The notes under the pieces: generated by a model
What the model saw: only the letters and a program-made list of their open reading frames with translations
What the model was told of the DNA's origin: nothing
Database searches by the model: none
Position numbers and translations under genes: made by a program
Source: Eledone cirrhosa
Lineage: Eukaryota
Assembly (NCBI GenBank): GCA_964016885.1
Contig: OZ024740.1
Span: 341,682,001 to 341,746,000, forward strand
Length of the DNA: 64,000 bases
Reading direction: 5' to 3'
In this document: piece by piece, positions 1 through 12,304 of the stretch
Layout of the letters: the number at the start of each line of letters is the position of its first letter
Position numbering within the stretch: the first letter of the stretch is position 1

Positions 1-57
1 ATTTTAGAAATTATTACTAATTTAGTTTCTTTTTTTTACTTTGAATTTTTTTCACAG

Positions 58-573
58 CGGTTCACATTCCTGGTGCCGCTGCCATGCAGGGAATGATGGA
101 ATACTATTATTTCACTGGTGATTGTATTAAGGCTCATGACCAAATTCGTCGCATGTTCCGCGAGAAGTTTGATGATCATTTTAGCAAATACTGTAAAAAA
201 GCAGAGTGCCATGTGGAGGATATTGAAGTAATATGTTCTGAAATTCAACAGCGCAAAAGAAGAGACACAAAAAATACAATGAAATCTAGGTTTTCTAAAC
301 GTGATGTTCAACAAAGCTTAAAGATACGATTTAAAATTGTAAGTTCAATACAGAATAAAAAAATTACAAAAAATGAACAGTTTCTTTTGCGAAGAATTCT
401 TGGACAAATAAACTATAACATAAAAACAAATGGTATGAACATAACAACCAATGACAGTAATCTCATTGGTAATTTAAGTTTCAAGAACTATACCTCTGGA
501 AGTATTGAAATTGAGGCACACTGTGAAGACAAAAATATGATAACTGTAAAGTCTGTTTCAGAAATAAAGTGTG
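58..573 (+). CDS. SVEP1-like gene, internal exon A (linker upstream of the Cys-rich repeats)
   Basis: Acceptor ttttttcacAG at 56-57; open frame VHIPGAAAMQG...SEIKC; donor G|GTAAGT at 574; phase 1 joins in frame to exon B. Confidence 0.75.
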
Positions 574-930
574 GTAAGTATTACTTGGTTTTCTTTTATT
601 CATTCTTCATTACTTATCATCATCATCGTTTAATGTCCATTTTCATTATATTTTCACAGTAAAGGCTTTACTTCACATAATTATCTCACATAATATCGAA
701 TCTATGAGATTTTTATGTTATTTATTTTGAGAACAATACCTTAACATAAGTATGAACAGAAAGAGGTGAGAGAATTCCAGCCAGATACGGCCAGTTTAAA
801 TGCTAAAGGGTTAAGGGAAGAAGATTAGCAACATTTTTAAAGCTTCAGACAGGATGTGTCTCTGCCAGCTTTGTGCTTTTCCAAGTTCAAATCCCACTTC
901 CTGTCACTAGGTAAAAATAAATATATATAT

Positions 931-1262
931 GGAGGCACATGGCTTAGTGGTTAGAGCATTGGCCTTGCAATCGAAAGGTTGTGAGTTCAATTCTCAGACC
1001 GAGTGATGTGTTGTTTCCTTGAGCAAGACACTTTATTTCATGTTGCTCCAGTTTACTCAGCTGTAGAAATGAGATGATAGGGACTGGGTTCCCTATCATT
1101 CCACTGCAAAGTGGTCATGGAGGTGCCACGACAAAAAGCACCCAGCACTCACTGTAAATGAGGTTGCTGTTAGGAAGGGCATCCAGCTGTAGAAATCAAG
1201 CCAAAATCAGTTCCCGTCCCACCCTTGCAAGCAGGGAAAAGCGGACGTAAAATGATGATGAT
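931..1262 (+). mobile_element. tRNA-derived CORE-type SINE with RTE-like 3' tail
   Basis: A box TGGCTTAGTGG, B box GAGTTCAATTC, CORE-like CCTTGAGCAAGACACTT, tail ending in (GAT)n; near-identical copies at 23063-23392 (-) and 48503-48842 (-). Confidence 0.85.
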
Positions 1263-1933
1263 ATAAAAAAGACATGACACTTGTGCCAGGAGCTAAAGCT
1301 GATAGATAGTATCAGCAATGGAAAGAAACCAATTGAAACATAGTTTCTTTGGTTCATTTAGATGGTTAGTGATCTTCTCATTGATCATTGTTATTAATAT
1401 GTCTTAAAGGAGTATATTTTAAAGAACATATTTTTCCCTAGAAAACACTTAATACCTTTGATACCAAACTGATTGAAACCATCCCAGGTTCTATAAAAAA
1501 AAATGTTTATTTAAAAACTTTTATATCTATCTAAAAAGTTACCACCATAATTTTATGTTAGAACCATTGTTAAGTTATATTCCAAACACCAACTTAAGAA
1601 TGAGAAAGTTAGTTATATTACTGAATCCTTCCAAATTCTTTATGATTTTCAAAAATTATTTGAAAATTATAGGTAGCGTATTTCATTAGAAATATAGTAA
1701 CAAAATATTTAAAATCCTATATTTCTAATGAAATACATTGCCTATAGTTTTCAAAATTATTTGAAAATTATTGGCAGTGTATTTCATTAGTAATATAGTA
1801 ACAAAAGGTTTAAAATCCTATATATTCTATTGTTATCAATAACTCCATGATTCTTTAATGCAACCTCAATACTATTAGATGACATTTCAATGCTGTCATA
1901 TGACTAAGATCATGCTGTATACTACCATTGCAG

Positions 1934-2089
1934 TGAATTGTCCTGTTGGCTACTTCTACAGAAACAATAGTTGTATACCATGTCCCATTGGAGAATATCA
2001 AGAGTTAGAAGGACAGCTAAGTTGTATTAAATGTCCTCCAGGATCCAGTACAATATCAGCGAAGTCCAAAAATAGAACTGATTGCCGAG
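1934..2089 (+). CDS. SVEP1-like exon B: ephrin-receptor-like (GCC2/GCC3) Cys-rich repeat
   Basis: cattgcAG|TG; VNCPVGYFYRNNSCIPCPIGEYQELEGQLSCIKCP...DCR; donor G|GTAAGT; phase 1-1. Confidence 0.92.
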
Positions 2090-2127
2090 GTAAGTCTTTG
2101 AGTAATTTATACATATGGATATGTCTA

Positions 2128-2290
2128 TATGTACATGTATATCATTAAGGTACATGTTTCCATGTGTATGTATGTCATTGAGGTACATGTTTCCATGTGT
2201 ATGTATGTCATTGAGGTACATGTTTCCATGTGTATGTGTGTATGTGTATCATTGAGGTACAAGTTTCCATATGTATATGAGTATCATGTG
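2128..2290. repeat. 33-bp minisatellite, about 4 degenerate copies
   Basis: Repeated GTATGTCATTGAGGTACATGTTTCCATGTGTAT. Confidence 0.85.
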
Positions 2291-2324
2291 TTCATATGCA
2301 TATGTATATCATTATAGTATGTGT

Positions 2325-2364
<40 letters not shown>

Positions 2365-2481
2365 ATCATTATGGCAGATATGTCTATATGTACATATATA
2401 TATCTCATTGTGGTATATATATATATATATCCGTATGTAGAATATACCCGTATGTAAGCGGATGTAAAATGCTAATGATGA

Positions 2482-2524
<43 letters not shown>

Positions 2525-2998
2525 TATATATATATATAACTATGCATCGAGTGCTCACTCGATTAACCATCACATCATTGAACCCTTTTAATGATTGGTC
2601 TTCTGTGACCTAGGGCTAAAGAACAACATATGTACATGCATACATGAGCACATGAATGCATAAAGACAGCTACACATAAGCAGAATGGTGAATGTGTAGA
2701 ATGTTAAACTATTGGTTCATTGATGATGAGTTCAAACTATATAAGATCTCCTGATCTTAACCCCACACTTTATCCCAATTTAAAATTTGTCAATCATTCT
2801 GTATATTATCTCCCCCTTTTTACCACAGTCCAGCATGTTTCACTTTGTAACCTCTCCTTCCTTTGCTCTTCACTATTTTCTCCTCTCTTATTCTTCACTA
2901 TTTCTTTTTTGTTTGTCTCTTATTACCCCACCCTCTATCTATCTATCTTTGTCTCATCGTCATCATCATCAGTTAACAGCCATTTTCCATGCTAGTAT

Positions 2999-3029
<31 letters not shown>

Positions 3030-3559
3030 CCCGATAAATTAACGGAGCCATAGACTCTCGTTATTCCCTGTCATTAATGTGCTCAAAGGAGAAGGAATCC
3101 TGAGCTCTTTATAATACAATATGTTGAAAAGGTAACACATGTTAGATACATGTTAGATAGTTATCGAGGTATGTATTTACACTTTAATTTATACTTTTAA
3201 TTATCGTGTGTCTACTCTGCCTTCCATGGGTTATAGATTCCATATACTGGTGGTTTTTCCCTGTTTAATTGATGGCGCACTATCTCTCTCTCTGGTGTGT
3301 TACCTTTTAAACATATTGTATTATATATATATATATAAATATGATTTATGTTAGGTTGTTTACCAATGGGTAGAACTGGTAGTTCTGGTTGGTAAACGAT
3401 GATGCAACAAATTAATGAAAGCACTCAATGTTATGCAAATCATCCATTGTAGAAGTGGTATCCAGTGTTTGGTTCAGGAACGGAGTAAAGTATTCATTAA
3501 AACAACAACAGAAGTTCAGATTGGAAAATTTACTTTAGAATTTTAATTCTATGAAATCA

Positions 3560-4140
3560 CTATACATATTTCGATGGCCCAGTTCCATCATCTGATTATG
3601 ATGCAAGACAGGTGTCATCTCATTTAATTTGACTTTTTCCCTAATTAATTGTGCTAAAACTCTTTCTCTCACTTTCATAACTTGGTCCATTAGTTTTATT
3701 CCCCTGTAGTTACTCCTGTCTAGAGCATCACAATTAATGAGTATGCTGCTGCACCAGCCATTGAGTATGACTCTTTCCATGCAGGTGACTAGTTCAACTC
3801 CTACTTTCCTAGATGCTTTCAGCATCTCAGTGTCTATCTTTGATGGGCCAATGGCTTTACTATTTCGAATACACTTTTCCCCAATAAGACCCTGATTGAC
3901 ATTGACACACTGCTTTGTAATGCAGAACACCTCATATCTCTGATCCTTACATCACAAGACATTGGCAAATCTCCCTCTTTCAGCCTCATTTTCCTACTAG
4001 GTACTGGTCTCTGCTGCCTCCCTTTTCCATGCCTGTTTCTTGGTTTTAATGGCTCTATTCACTGTGGTGTTCCACCTCTATGTCATCCAATGTTTGGCTG
4101 CTGCTTTGTTCCAGCTACAAGTCTCATCAGTAGTTTGTAG
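3560..4140 (-). mobile_element. Degenerate RTE LINE fragment
   Basis: Translation ...EMLKAS...DALDRSNYRGIKLMDQVMKV matches the larger RTE ORFs in this window. Confidence 0.8.
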
Positions 4141-4247
4141 TAGGTTGTCACATAGGAACTTCCTATTGTTCCCTATGTCATATGTATTTGATAAAAACAA
4201 TGTTTATTCAACGAACCATATTTATAGCAATTTCTGCTTTCTTTCAG

Positions 4248-4409
4248 AATTCTGTCGACCTGGCACTTACTCCTCCAGTAAATTTTCTCCCTGTCAATCA
4301 TGTGATCTTTCCACATACCAAGAGAACTACAATGCCACATCATGTAACAAATGTCCTGGTCTTACACTCACCACTACACTTGGATCAAGTAGTCTCTCAG
4401 CCTGCAGTA
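4248..4409 (+). CDS. SVEP1-like exon C: second ephrin-receptor-like repeat
   Basis: ctttcAG|AA; EFCRPGTYSSSKFSPCQSCDLSTYQENYNATSCNKCPG...ACS; donor A|GTAAGT. Confidence 0.92.
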
Positions 4410-4516
4410 GTAAGTAACTTCTCTCACTTGATGCAATCTTTACAACTGTAAACCATATATAACTTTCACAAAAAAAAAACAAAAAAAAACTGAAGAATAA
4501 CAGTTGAATCATCATC

Positions 4517-4697
4517 ATTGGCAGTATTGGTAGAGGATTGGACGCCATGCTTTCCAGCATAGTTACGTCCCTTTACAATCTGAGTTCAAATCCCGTTGAG
4601 GTTGACTTTGCCTTTCATCCTTACGGGGTCAATAAAATAAAGTACCAGTAATGCACTGGGTAATTGCTGGCCTTGTGCCTAAAGTAGAAACAATTAT
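4517..4697 (+). mobile_element. Second tRNA-derived SINE family (Meta-domain-like GCCTTTCATCCTTACGGGGTC body)
   Basis: A/B boxes TGGCAGTATTGG and GAGTTCAAATCC; other copies at 5804-5989 (-), ~36063-36230 (-), ~44915-45100 (+) and ~45115-45315 (+). The domain name is from recall, not a search. Confidence 0.8.
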
Positions 4698-5185
4698 CAC
4701 TGTTTAGCATCCATCTTTCCATGCCTGCATGGGTTAGACGAGTCATCCATGCCGGGAGGCAAGTCTGACCATAGCTGGCCATGTCGCACCTTGCTCTGAC
4801 AAGAACTGTAAATTTGGCCAGGTATTTTACAGCTGGATATCCTTCCTAACACAAACCACATTTACAGAAGATATTACTTAACCTTTAACTCTACAAAATA
4901 CTTCAGCAATGCTGGTATAGTCACTGCCTCCATCTCTCACTATTATAAGCAAATGGGGGCCCAGCAGACAGAATAGAGACGGTACATATATAACTTACTA
5001 GCAGTGGTACCCGGCGTTGCACGGGATAAGTTATTGTGAAATATATAACCGCCTTAGCTAAGCTTAGTATTGCCACAACCACGGCTGGCAAAGAAGTAAG
5101 GGTCTGGTGGTACGTAAGTAAGCAACACTGTAGCTTAAAATGTGAGGAAGAAGTTGTGTGTGTACCTGTAGCATGTATGTGTATT

Positions 5186-5221
<36 letters not shown>

Positions 5222-5224
<3 letters not shown>

Positions 5225-5629
5225 GGTGTTGGATGCTTAAAGCGTCCGTATGCGGTAGGCCATATGAGCACTCAATGCCCTTGTAGAGCAGAGTATGATA
5301 TCACAGGAAAAAGAGAATCAGTGTTGCGACGAAAGGAATTTATTGGACATATTACAATTGTTTCTTGGGCGACCAGCTTGAGGCACGATCGATATGGTGA
5401 TCAAACCTGACTCTGAAATCGCGCGGTCCTCAGATACGTCTCCATTCTACGAAGCAGATTTAGGAAAATCTGCTTCGTAGAATCGAGATGTATCCGAGGA
5501 CCGCGCGATTTCAGAGTCAGGTTTGATCACCATATCGATCGTGCCTCAAGCTGGTCGCCCAAGAAACAATTGTAATATGTCCAATAAATTCCTTTCGTCG
5601 CAACACTGATTCTCTTTTTCCTGTGATAT
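5222..5629. mobile_element. Palindromic non-autonomous element between (TA)n tracts, with a hammerhead-like motif in each arm
   Basis: Arms 5298-5461 and 5466-5629 are near-perfect reverse complements around loop AGGA; 76-bp unpaired tail at the left. Confidence 0.85.
5346..5440 (-). ncRNA. Type I hammerhead-like ribozyme with long stem II
   Basis: GACGTAT-CTGAGGA-[~62-nt hairpin]-GAAAC-AATT-GT-A-ATATGTC. The base of stem II is imperfect. The mirror copy at 5487-5581 (+) has CCGAGGA. Confidence 0.65.
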
Positions 5630-5803
5630 ATATATATATATCAAATTGGGTGCAGTGAAATCCTGTTAGACCATTACGCACCAGAGAGTACTCGATACTT
5701 GGGGTAGTAGAGTGTGGTAATATGAAAGAGCTGGGACCCCGACGGCTGAGCTCTTGCCATTTCAACAGCTAGTTCTGATTTGTGAAAAAGCTATTGAAAA
5801 TAA

Positions 5804-5989
5804 TTGTTTCTACTTTTGGCACAAGGCCAGCAATTACCCAGTGCATTACTAGTACTTTATTGTATCAACTCCATAAGGATGAAAGGCTGAGTCAATCTCG
5901 GCGGGATTTGAACTCAGAATGCCAAGGGCCATAACTCTCTATGCGTCAAAGCATGGTGTCTGACCCTCTACCAATACTGCCAATCCACC
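5804..5989 (-). mobile_element. SINE insertion with a 14-bp target-site duplication
   Basis: GCTATTGAAAATAA at 5790-5803 and 5990-6003 flanks the SINE. Confidence 0.88.
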
Positions 5990-6332
5990 GCTATTGAAAA
6001 TAACATGAATACGTTTCTGGTTTTTTTTTTTCTCAGTAATTCCTCAACACATAAACAAACTCTCACTCTCCTTCCTTACATATTTCCTATTTCTTCCCCT
6101 TCCTCTTCATAGACAAAAGAAATCTCTTCATCTCTTCTTTATTGATACACTTATTCTACTCTTTCTCTATCTTCCTCTTATGTTTATGTCTATCAAATAG
6201 TATTTTATCTTCCAATCAAACAACTTAACACTAATTTAGAAATTTCTCCATCACCCAATTACATTTTACATGGATTCAAACCCTATCAAATAAACATCAC
6301 TGATATAAACATCACTGATTATAAACAGTTGT

Positions 6333-6428
6333 GAGCCTCGCGAGCTGGAATGGCTCTTCCAGCACATCTCCCTCACCATCCGCCAGGGCCGCAGGTTGGC
6401 CATCTGCCAGGGCCACGGGGCAACCTGA
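6333..6428 (+). mobile_element. Possible C-terminal relic of a CRE-like (RLE) non-LTR retrotransposon
   Basis: GC-rich island translating EPRELEWLFQHISLTIRQGRRLAICQG*, resembling the recalled CRE-type C-terminus (E..FL.QRIS..IQRGNA..I). Confidence 0.4.
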
Positions 6429-6756
6429 CTGCCGCGGCCGCTAGTGCGTGGGCCCACAATTGCTCATAATAGTGAGAAATGGGTAGAGCAGGAGAGACAG
6501 AGGCAGTGACAGTGGGAGTTTGGTTCCTTTGTGTTTGGACCTGCTGTATAGGTATATGTTTCACAGACATATGTCCAGTACAAACCTAGCTTGGACGATA
6601 ATTGCTGAATATTTAGTAAACAGTTATACCATGTCTCTTATACAAACAACTTTCACATGACAGCAACTGCAATCAGATAAAGCTGACCACAGGCAAAATC
6701 TCAAAGTTACTGTCAACGTTTTCCTTGTAAATTAGAATATATATATATATATATAT

Positions 6757-9595
6757 CATCATCATCATCATCATCATCATCAACGTTTAACGTCCGTGTT
6801 CCACGCTTGCATGGGTTTGGACGGGGGTAGTCCCACTTGAGGCAAGAGTGATTGTCTTGCTCGCATAGGACTGTCTGGCAGGTTTTCCACAGTTGGATGC
6901 CCTTCCTAACACCAACCACATTTACAGTGTGGGTCTGGGAGGTTTTTACCGTGTTGCCTACACGGCCATATTACAGCGTGGACTGTGTGTTTTTTTGTCG
7001 TGACACCTACACGATCTCATTTGTTTCGGCCTGGATGGCGCGGCACCAACATAACTTTACATAGAACGGGGTGGTGTGGATGGGGTGGGGGTGGTGGTGG
7101 TGGGACGGGGTGTATTTTGTTAGAGATGCCTACTGGCTGGAGTAGGTTTTACTATATATTTAGGTAAGGCGGGTCTTCTCTGTTACTGAGTACCGCCAAA
7201 GGTCTCGGTCCAGTGACATTGTCTTGGAGAGGTGTAAGTGTGTGAGGTCGGAGTTTATCAGCTCGTCCCTGGTTTTTCTAGGTCTGCCTATTCCGTGACT
7301 ACCGTCTATCTTTGTTGCCCTGCACTTTGTTATACAGCTATCGACTTTCATGCGCATCACGTGTCCATACCAACGTAGCCTTCTCTCGAGTAAACAACAT
7401 CTGATCCCTCTTATCTCTAATTTTTTCCTTAGTTCGTTTATGCTTTGCCGTTCACGTATATTACTGTTACACATCCAGCGGAGCATGCAAGCTTCGTTCC
7501 TCTCTAGTCTGCGTATATCCTCTGCACACAATGCCCAGGTCTCACTGCCATGCAGCATTGCTGTTCGTATGCAGGCATCGTACAACCTGCCTTTCATTTT
7601 TAGGGAGAACCCTTTAGCAGCTAATAGTGGTATAAGCTCTCTGAACTTTTTCCAACCAGTTCTGACTCTAGCTACAGTACTTTCAGAGCACCCTCCCCCA
7701 CTGCTGATTTTATCGCCCAGGTAACGGAAGCTGTCCACTATTTCTATAGAACCCTCTGCGCAATTGAAAGAGCTAGTATTTTGTGGGCACTTGCTGCTAC
7801 TTATTGCACCAGAACACCGGCCACATGTAAAATCTATGTTCTTAGTTAGCTTACCTGTGATCCCACTACATCTTTTATGCACCCATACTTTGCATTTAGG
7901 ACATAAAATGGAGTTTCTACCTATGCCTTTCCTACACACCGAGCACGACCATTTCCCAGAAGGGACCGCCGCCTTGTTTTCTTTCCTACAAACTAGAACT
8001 TTGGTCTTAGCCAGGTTAATTTTAAGTCCTTTTGACTCTAGGCCGTGCTTCCATGTTTGGAATTTCTTCTCTAGCTCGGCCATTGATTCCGCTATGAGTG
8101 TCAGGTCGTCTGCGTATAGGAGTTCCCATGGGCAGCCTGTCTTGAACTCCTCTGTTATAGCCTGAAGGGCAATAATAAATAGTAGGGGGCTGAGAACGGA
8201 GCCCTGATGGACGCCAACTTTTACGCTAAACTCTTCACTATATTCGTTGTTAATTCTAACCTTGCTGACTGTTTCTTTATACATGGCTTGTATAGCCCTC
8301 ACAAGCCATTCGTCAACGCCTAGTTTTCTAAGAGCCCACCAGATAATGGAACGGGGGACTCTGTCGAAGGCTTTCTCCAAGTCGACAAAAGCTAAGTAGA
8401 GGGGTTTACCTTTAGCTAGGTACTTCTCCTGTAGTTGTCGTACTATGAAAAGAGCATCTGTGGTACTTTTGCCCGACACAAACCCGAACTGCATTTCATC
8501 TAGGTCAATTCTCTCTCTGATTAGTTGCTCTATTACTTTTTCCGTGACCTTCATGACCTGGTCGATTAATTTAATGCCTCTATAGTTACTCCTATCTAGG
8601 GCGTCTCCTTTACCCTTATAACAGTTAACGATGATGCTGCTATGCCAGTCCTTCGGAACAACCCCATTCTGTACGACTTGGTTAACTATGCGGGTGACCA
8701 TGGTGTGTCCCACCGTGCCAGATGCCTTCAGCATCTCAGCAACTATTTCCGAAGGCCCAGCCGCCTTACCCGTCTTCATATCCTTGATTGCCTTACTTAT
8801 TATACTCCCCTCGACTAACACTGCTGGTCCCTCTATTGGGTCGATATGGGGGAGACTGTCTTTCTCCCATTTATTCTCCTCATTTAGTAGCCTTTCATAG
8901 TGACACTTCCAAGCTACCTTCTTATCAGCGTCGGTGATGGCAAGTGTGCCATCGTCGTTTAGTACACACTTCTCCCCGACAATATCACGGTTTTCCTTGA
9001 CGCATTGCCTAGCAATCCTGAACACCTCACGTTTTTGGTCATCGCGTTGTAGAACATGCTTGAACTTTCTTTCCTCAGCTTCCCTTCTTGCTAAGTACAC
9101 TTGTCTCCTAGCTTCCCTCCTGGCCACTTGATAGTCTTCTCTACTTCCCCCATCCCGCCATACTTTCCAAGCCTGCTTTTTGGCCTTAATTGACCCCTCC
9201 ACCTTACTGTTCCACCACCATGTTACTCTCCTCCTGCCTACAGGCCTGCTCCAGCCACAGACTTCGTCTGTCGCCAACAGCAGGTTTGCTTTCAGAAATT
9301 CCCACTCTCCCTCTATATTGTCCGACTCTAAATGTTCTTCCTTACTGTCGAAAGCATCAAGTAATATGCTTTGAAATTTATTCCTGGCTGTGGGGTCCTT
9401 TAGCTTCCATATTTTTCTCCTGAGGATAGTCCTCTTCTGCTGTCGAGTACGTCTCGTCCTGACTATGAGGTCGCTAATTATCAGTCTATGTTGGGAGGTG
9501 CATTCTTCATGGGGGAGGGATTTAGTGTTTACAACAGACACTCTGTCACGTCTTCTGGTAAGGATATAATCTACCTGGCTTGTGTGTTCCCCGGA
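6757..9595 (-). mobile_element. 5'-truncated RTE LINE (family 1)
   Basis: Uninterrupted ORF from ~9595 to 7160: end of APE endonuclease (SQVDYIL, TSQHRLII), RT (QGSVLSP, YADD), C4HC3 finger; 3' UTR ending in (GAT)n; both ends abut (TA)n. Confidence 0.95.
7160..9595 (-). pseudogene. RTE ORF (partial APE, RT, PHD-like finger, C-terminal domain); frame intact but 5' end missing
   Basis: The ORF-track 841-aa ORF; its first ~30 residues come from a flanking MITE and microsatellite. Confidence 0.9.
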
Positions 9596-9613
9596 TATAT
9601 ATATATACATATA

Positions 9614-10120
9614 CTGTAAATTGTGGTGTATAAGTTGACCTAGCATACAAGTCAATACTAAGATTCTTAGCCCAATATTTTGCATTAGAATTATACCTAC
9701 TGTATAAGTTGCCCCTTCCCACCAAAAAAACTTAGATTGAGGCTATTTTTATTGGTGACTGTCTTTACTGATTCCTATAATATACATACTGTATTAAAAT
9801 AAAGTATGGTTGTACAGCTTCTACAAAATACCAAAATAAACCATTCTCATTGATTATCTTTGTAATATTGTTCTAACTAATGACTAAAATATACATAGTG
9901 TATATTATACAGTGAAACATCTACTACAAAGTACTTCAGGAAACCTTGCTCACTGCTCCTGTCTGTCATTTGCATTAATGATGTGAACAAACAACCAGTG
10001 GTGCCACCAACAGTATGCAGCCCATTGCAAAATTTGTCTCCTATATGACCATAAAGTTGACCCATCTTTCGAAAAGATATTTCTGGCTTAAAATGTTGAC
10101 TTGTATGCTACAATTTATGG
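9614..10120. mobile_element. Pogo/Tc1-type MITE
   Basis: Imperfect TIRs CTGTAAATTGTGGTGTATAAGT and ACTTGTATGCTACAATTTATGG, flanked by TA. Confidence 0.65.
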
Positions 10121-10154
10121 TATACATATCAATATGCATGAACAACTGTGTAGT

Positions 10155-10441
10155 CAGAGGCATAACTAGGGTATGGCACATGCCATGGGCACCACATGGA
10201 CTAGGAGTCATCATCATCAGTACGTTCTATTAACGTCAAATAAGTCTCGTTGGAGAGTAATAAAAGAAACTTCTTCAGATGTATGATCTGTCTCTGATTA
10301 TCATGAGTGAGAAACACTATGGTGGCTGGATCATTAAACCATTTATATAAATTATTAAGCCTATAGGTAAAAATATAGTGCTGGGTAGAGGCGCAATTTC
10401 ACTGCTTGCCATAGGTGCTATCTTCCCAATTTATGCCTCTG
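10155..10441. mobile_element. hAT-type MITE
   Basis: Perfect 11-bp TIR CAGAGGCATAA/TTATGCCTCTG; perfect 8-bp TSD TGTGTAGT at 10147-10154 and 10442-10449. Confidence 0.9.
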
Positions 10442-11793
10442 TGTGTAGTGTACTAGTTTGTTCGTTTGTGTGTCTCCAAACATATAAACAATTAATTAAA
10501 TAAACACTATATCCTAGAACATGTAGAAATCTCAAACACAGAAGATAATTGTAACCACAGTTAATTGCTCTAAATGAAAGCTTAGAAAATAGGGTAAAAT
10601 GCACCTATAGACAGAAAAAAGTGGCCAGCAGCCGCTATGATGAATCAAACTCTGTACCTCACAGCCAGATTTTGAGAGGTAAGGAGTTCAAATTTTTTGG
10701 AGTGGCTGCTGGCCACTTTTTTAACATATGTAGGTGGGGGGGGGGGTATTTTACCCAAAACTATCATTTATTATATTCTGTGTTTGAGATTGTTACATTT
10801 CAATCTGCTCCACACTTCAATAATTTACCTTCAAAATAATATATCATTTTATTTTACATTCAGCTTCTTGCCCTCCTGGTAGCTATAATTCCACTACTGG
10901 CCTAAAGCCTTGTACACCATGTAAAAAATTTACTTACCAACCCAACAAACAATCAAAATTCTGTTTCAAGTGTCCAGAAAATAGTAAGAGTCGTCAAAAG
11001 GGAGCAACATCTATTCATCAATGTTTGTGTAAGTAACTTTCTTTTCCCTTTTAATTACAAATTTAAACACTAAAATTATAATTTTACAGTGCCATCATCA
11101 TCATTATTGGTTTTACATAAACTTTTCCATGTTGGCATGGGCTAGATGAAACTTTCTGAGGCAGTTTTTTTCTACAAGCTAATTATTCTACATGATGCTA
11201 ACCCATGCTTATTTTGTAGGTGTCTTCAGAGGTATTTTTATGCAGGACAGGACATAAACAAACATTACCACATGCTTTAAACATTGATATGAAGGTACCT
11301 GTGGTAAACTGACTCTCATACACACTTATGTGTATAGTAAGAATGGTGTTCTTATAAAGAATGAGAAGGAACCACAGTAAGATATTCAATATATCAGAAA
11401 GTATATGTTATTTAATTTCATTGGGAAGTGGCTTTTATAGGATCAATTCTGTTTCCCTCAGTGATGAAATTGTTCACCAGATGAAATAGAATCAGACTTG
11501 TAAAAGTTGAAATAACATGCATAGCAGTAACGATGTTGGACGATCATAATGTCATGGGTTCAATCCTTGATCTAGGTGGTGTGTTGTGTTCTTGAGCAAG
11601 ACACTTCATTTCATATTGCTCCGATCAAATCAGCTAAAAATAAGTATCACCACCAGCAGCAGCAAATGGGAGTTAAACCTGTGCTGTCCAAGAATGAGTC
11701 ATGTACTTTCAGTCACCTTACACCAATGAAACCAAGAAAAACTCTGGCATAATGAGCATCTGGGATTGTGAGAAGCTTCAACTTTTTTAAGTA

Positions 11794-11979
11794 CAGTGAA
11801 ATTCCGTTATAAAGAAATTCACGGGGTATAAAAAAAATTTGTTGTAACAAAACATTCTTTATAACAAGATTGACAGAAACAAATTAAGCGTTTGTTTGTT
11901 GTTACCTCGGGGATTGAAAAACTTTTGTTATACTGAAAAATTTGTTATAATTGTATTCGTTATAAATGAATTTTACCTG
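11794..11979. mobile_element. Tigger/Tc1-like MITE
   Basis: TA-CAGTGAAATTCCGTTATAA ... TTATAAATGAATTTTACCTG-TA. Confidence 0.65.
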
Positions 11980-12058
11980 TATCAATTCAAGTCAATATTT
12001 CCTTATGAGAATCTTTAACTAGGAATAATTTAACTGTATTTTCTTTTTCATTCTACAG

Positions 12059-12292
12059 ATAAAGACCATTGTAAATTATATGGAAGATCTACATCATCCT
12101 CATCTGTATGTTTGAACAATGGTACTTGTCACAATAACTATAACAATTTTACCTGTGAATGTTTAGAAGGATTTGAAGGTAGTCAGTGTGAAATAAATAT
12201 TAATGAATGTCTGAACAATACATGTTACAATGGAGGGACCTGTTATGATGGAATTGCTTCATTTACATGTAAATGTCGTCCAGGCTACACAG
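12059..12292 (+). CDS. SVEP1-like exon D: EGF-like domains 1-2
   Basis: ttctacAG|AT; KDHC...CLNNGTC...CECLEGFEGSQCEININECLNNTCYNGGTC...CRPGYTG; donor G|GTATGT. Confidence 0.93.
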
Positions 12293-12304
12293 GTATGTAC
12301 AGTT

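Noticed and set aside
931-1005. tRNA gene
   Set aside because: The A/B boxes run into a SINE body and tail and recur as dispersed copies.
2027-3053. Short ORFs rich in Y/I/H/T/C/V (also ~14100-14400, 22135-22356, 29771-30114, 44084-44874)
   Set aside because: Translations of (TA)n, (CA)n and minisatellite tracts.
5036-5765. Pairs of identical ORFs on opposite strands (also 34216-34413 and 34716-34898)
   Set aside because: By-products of DNA palindromes; no recognisable protein motifs.
7350-9423. + strand ORFs overlapping the RTEs (also within 18530-21694 and 24088-25933)
   Set aside because: Antisense shadows of the minus-strand RT ORFs.
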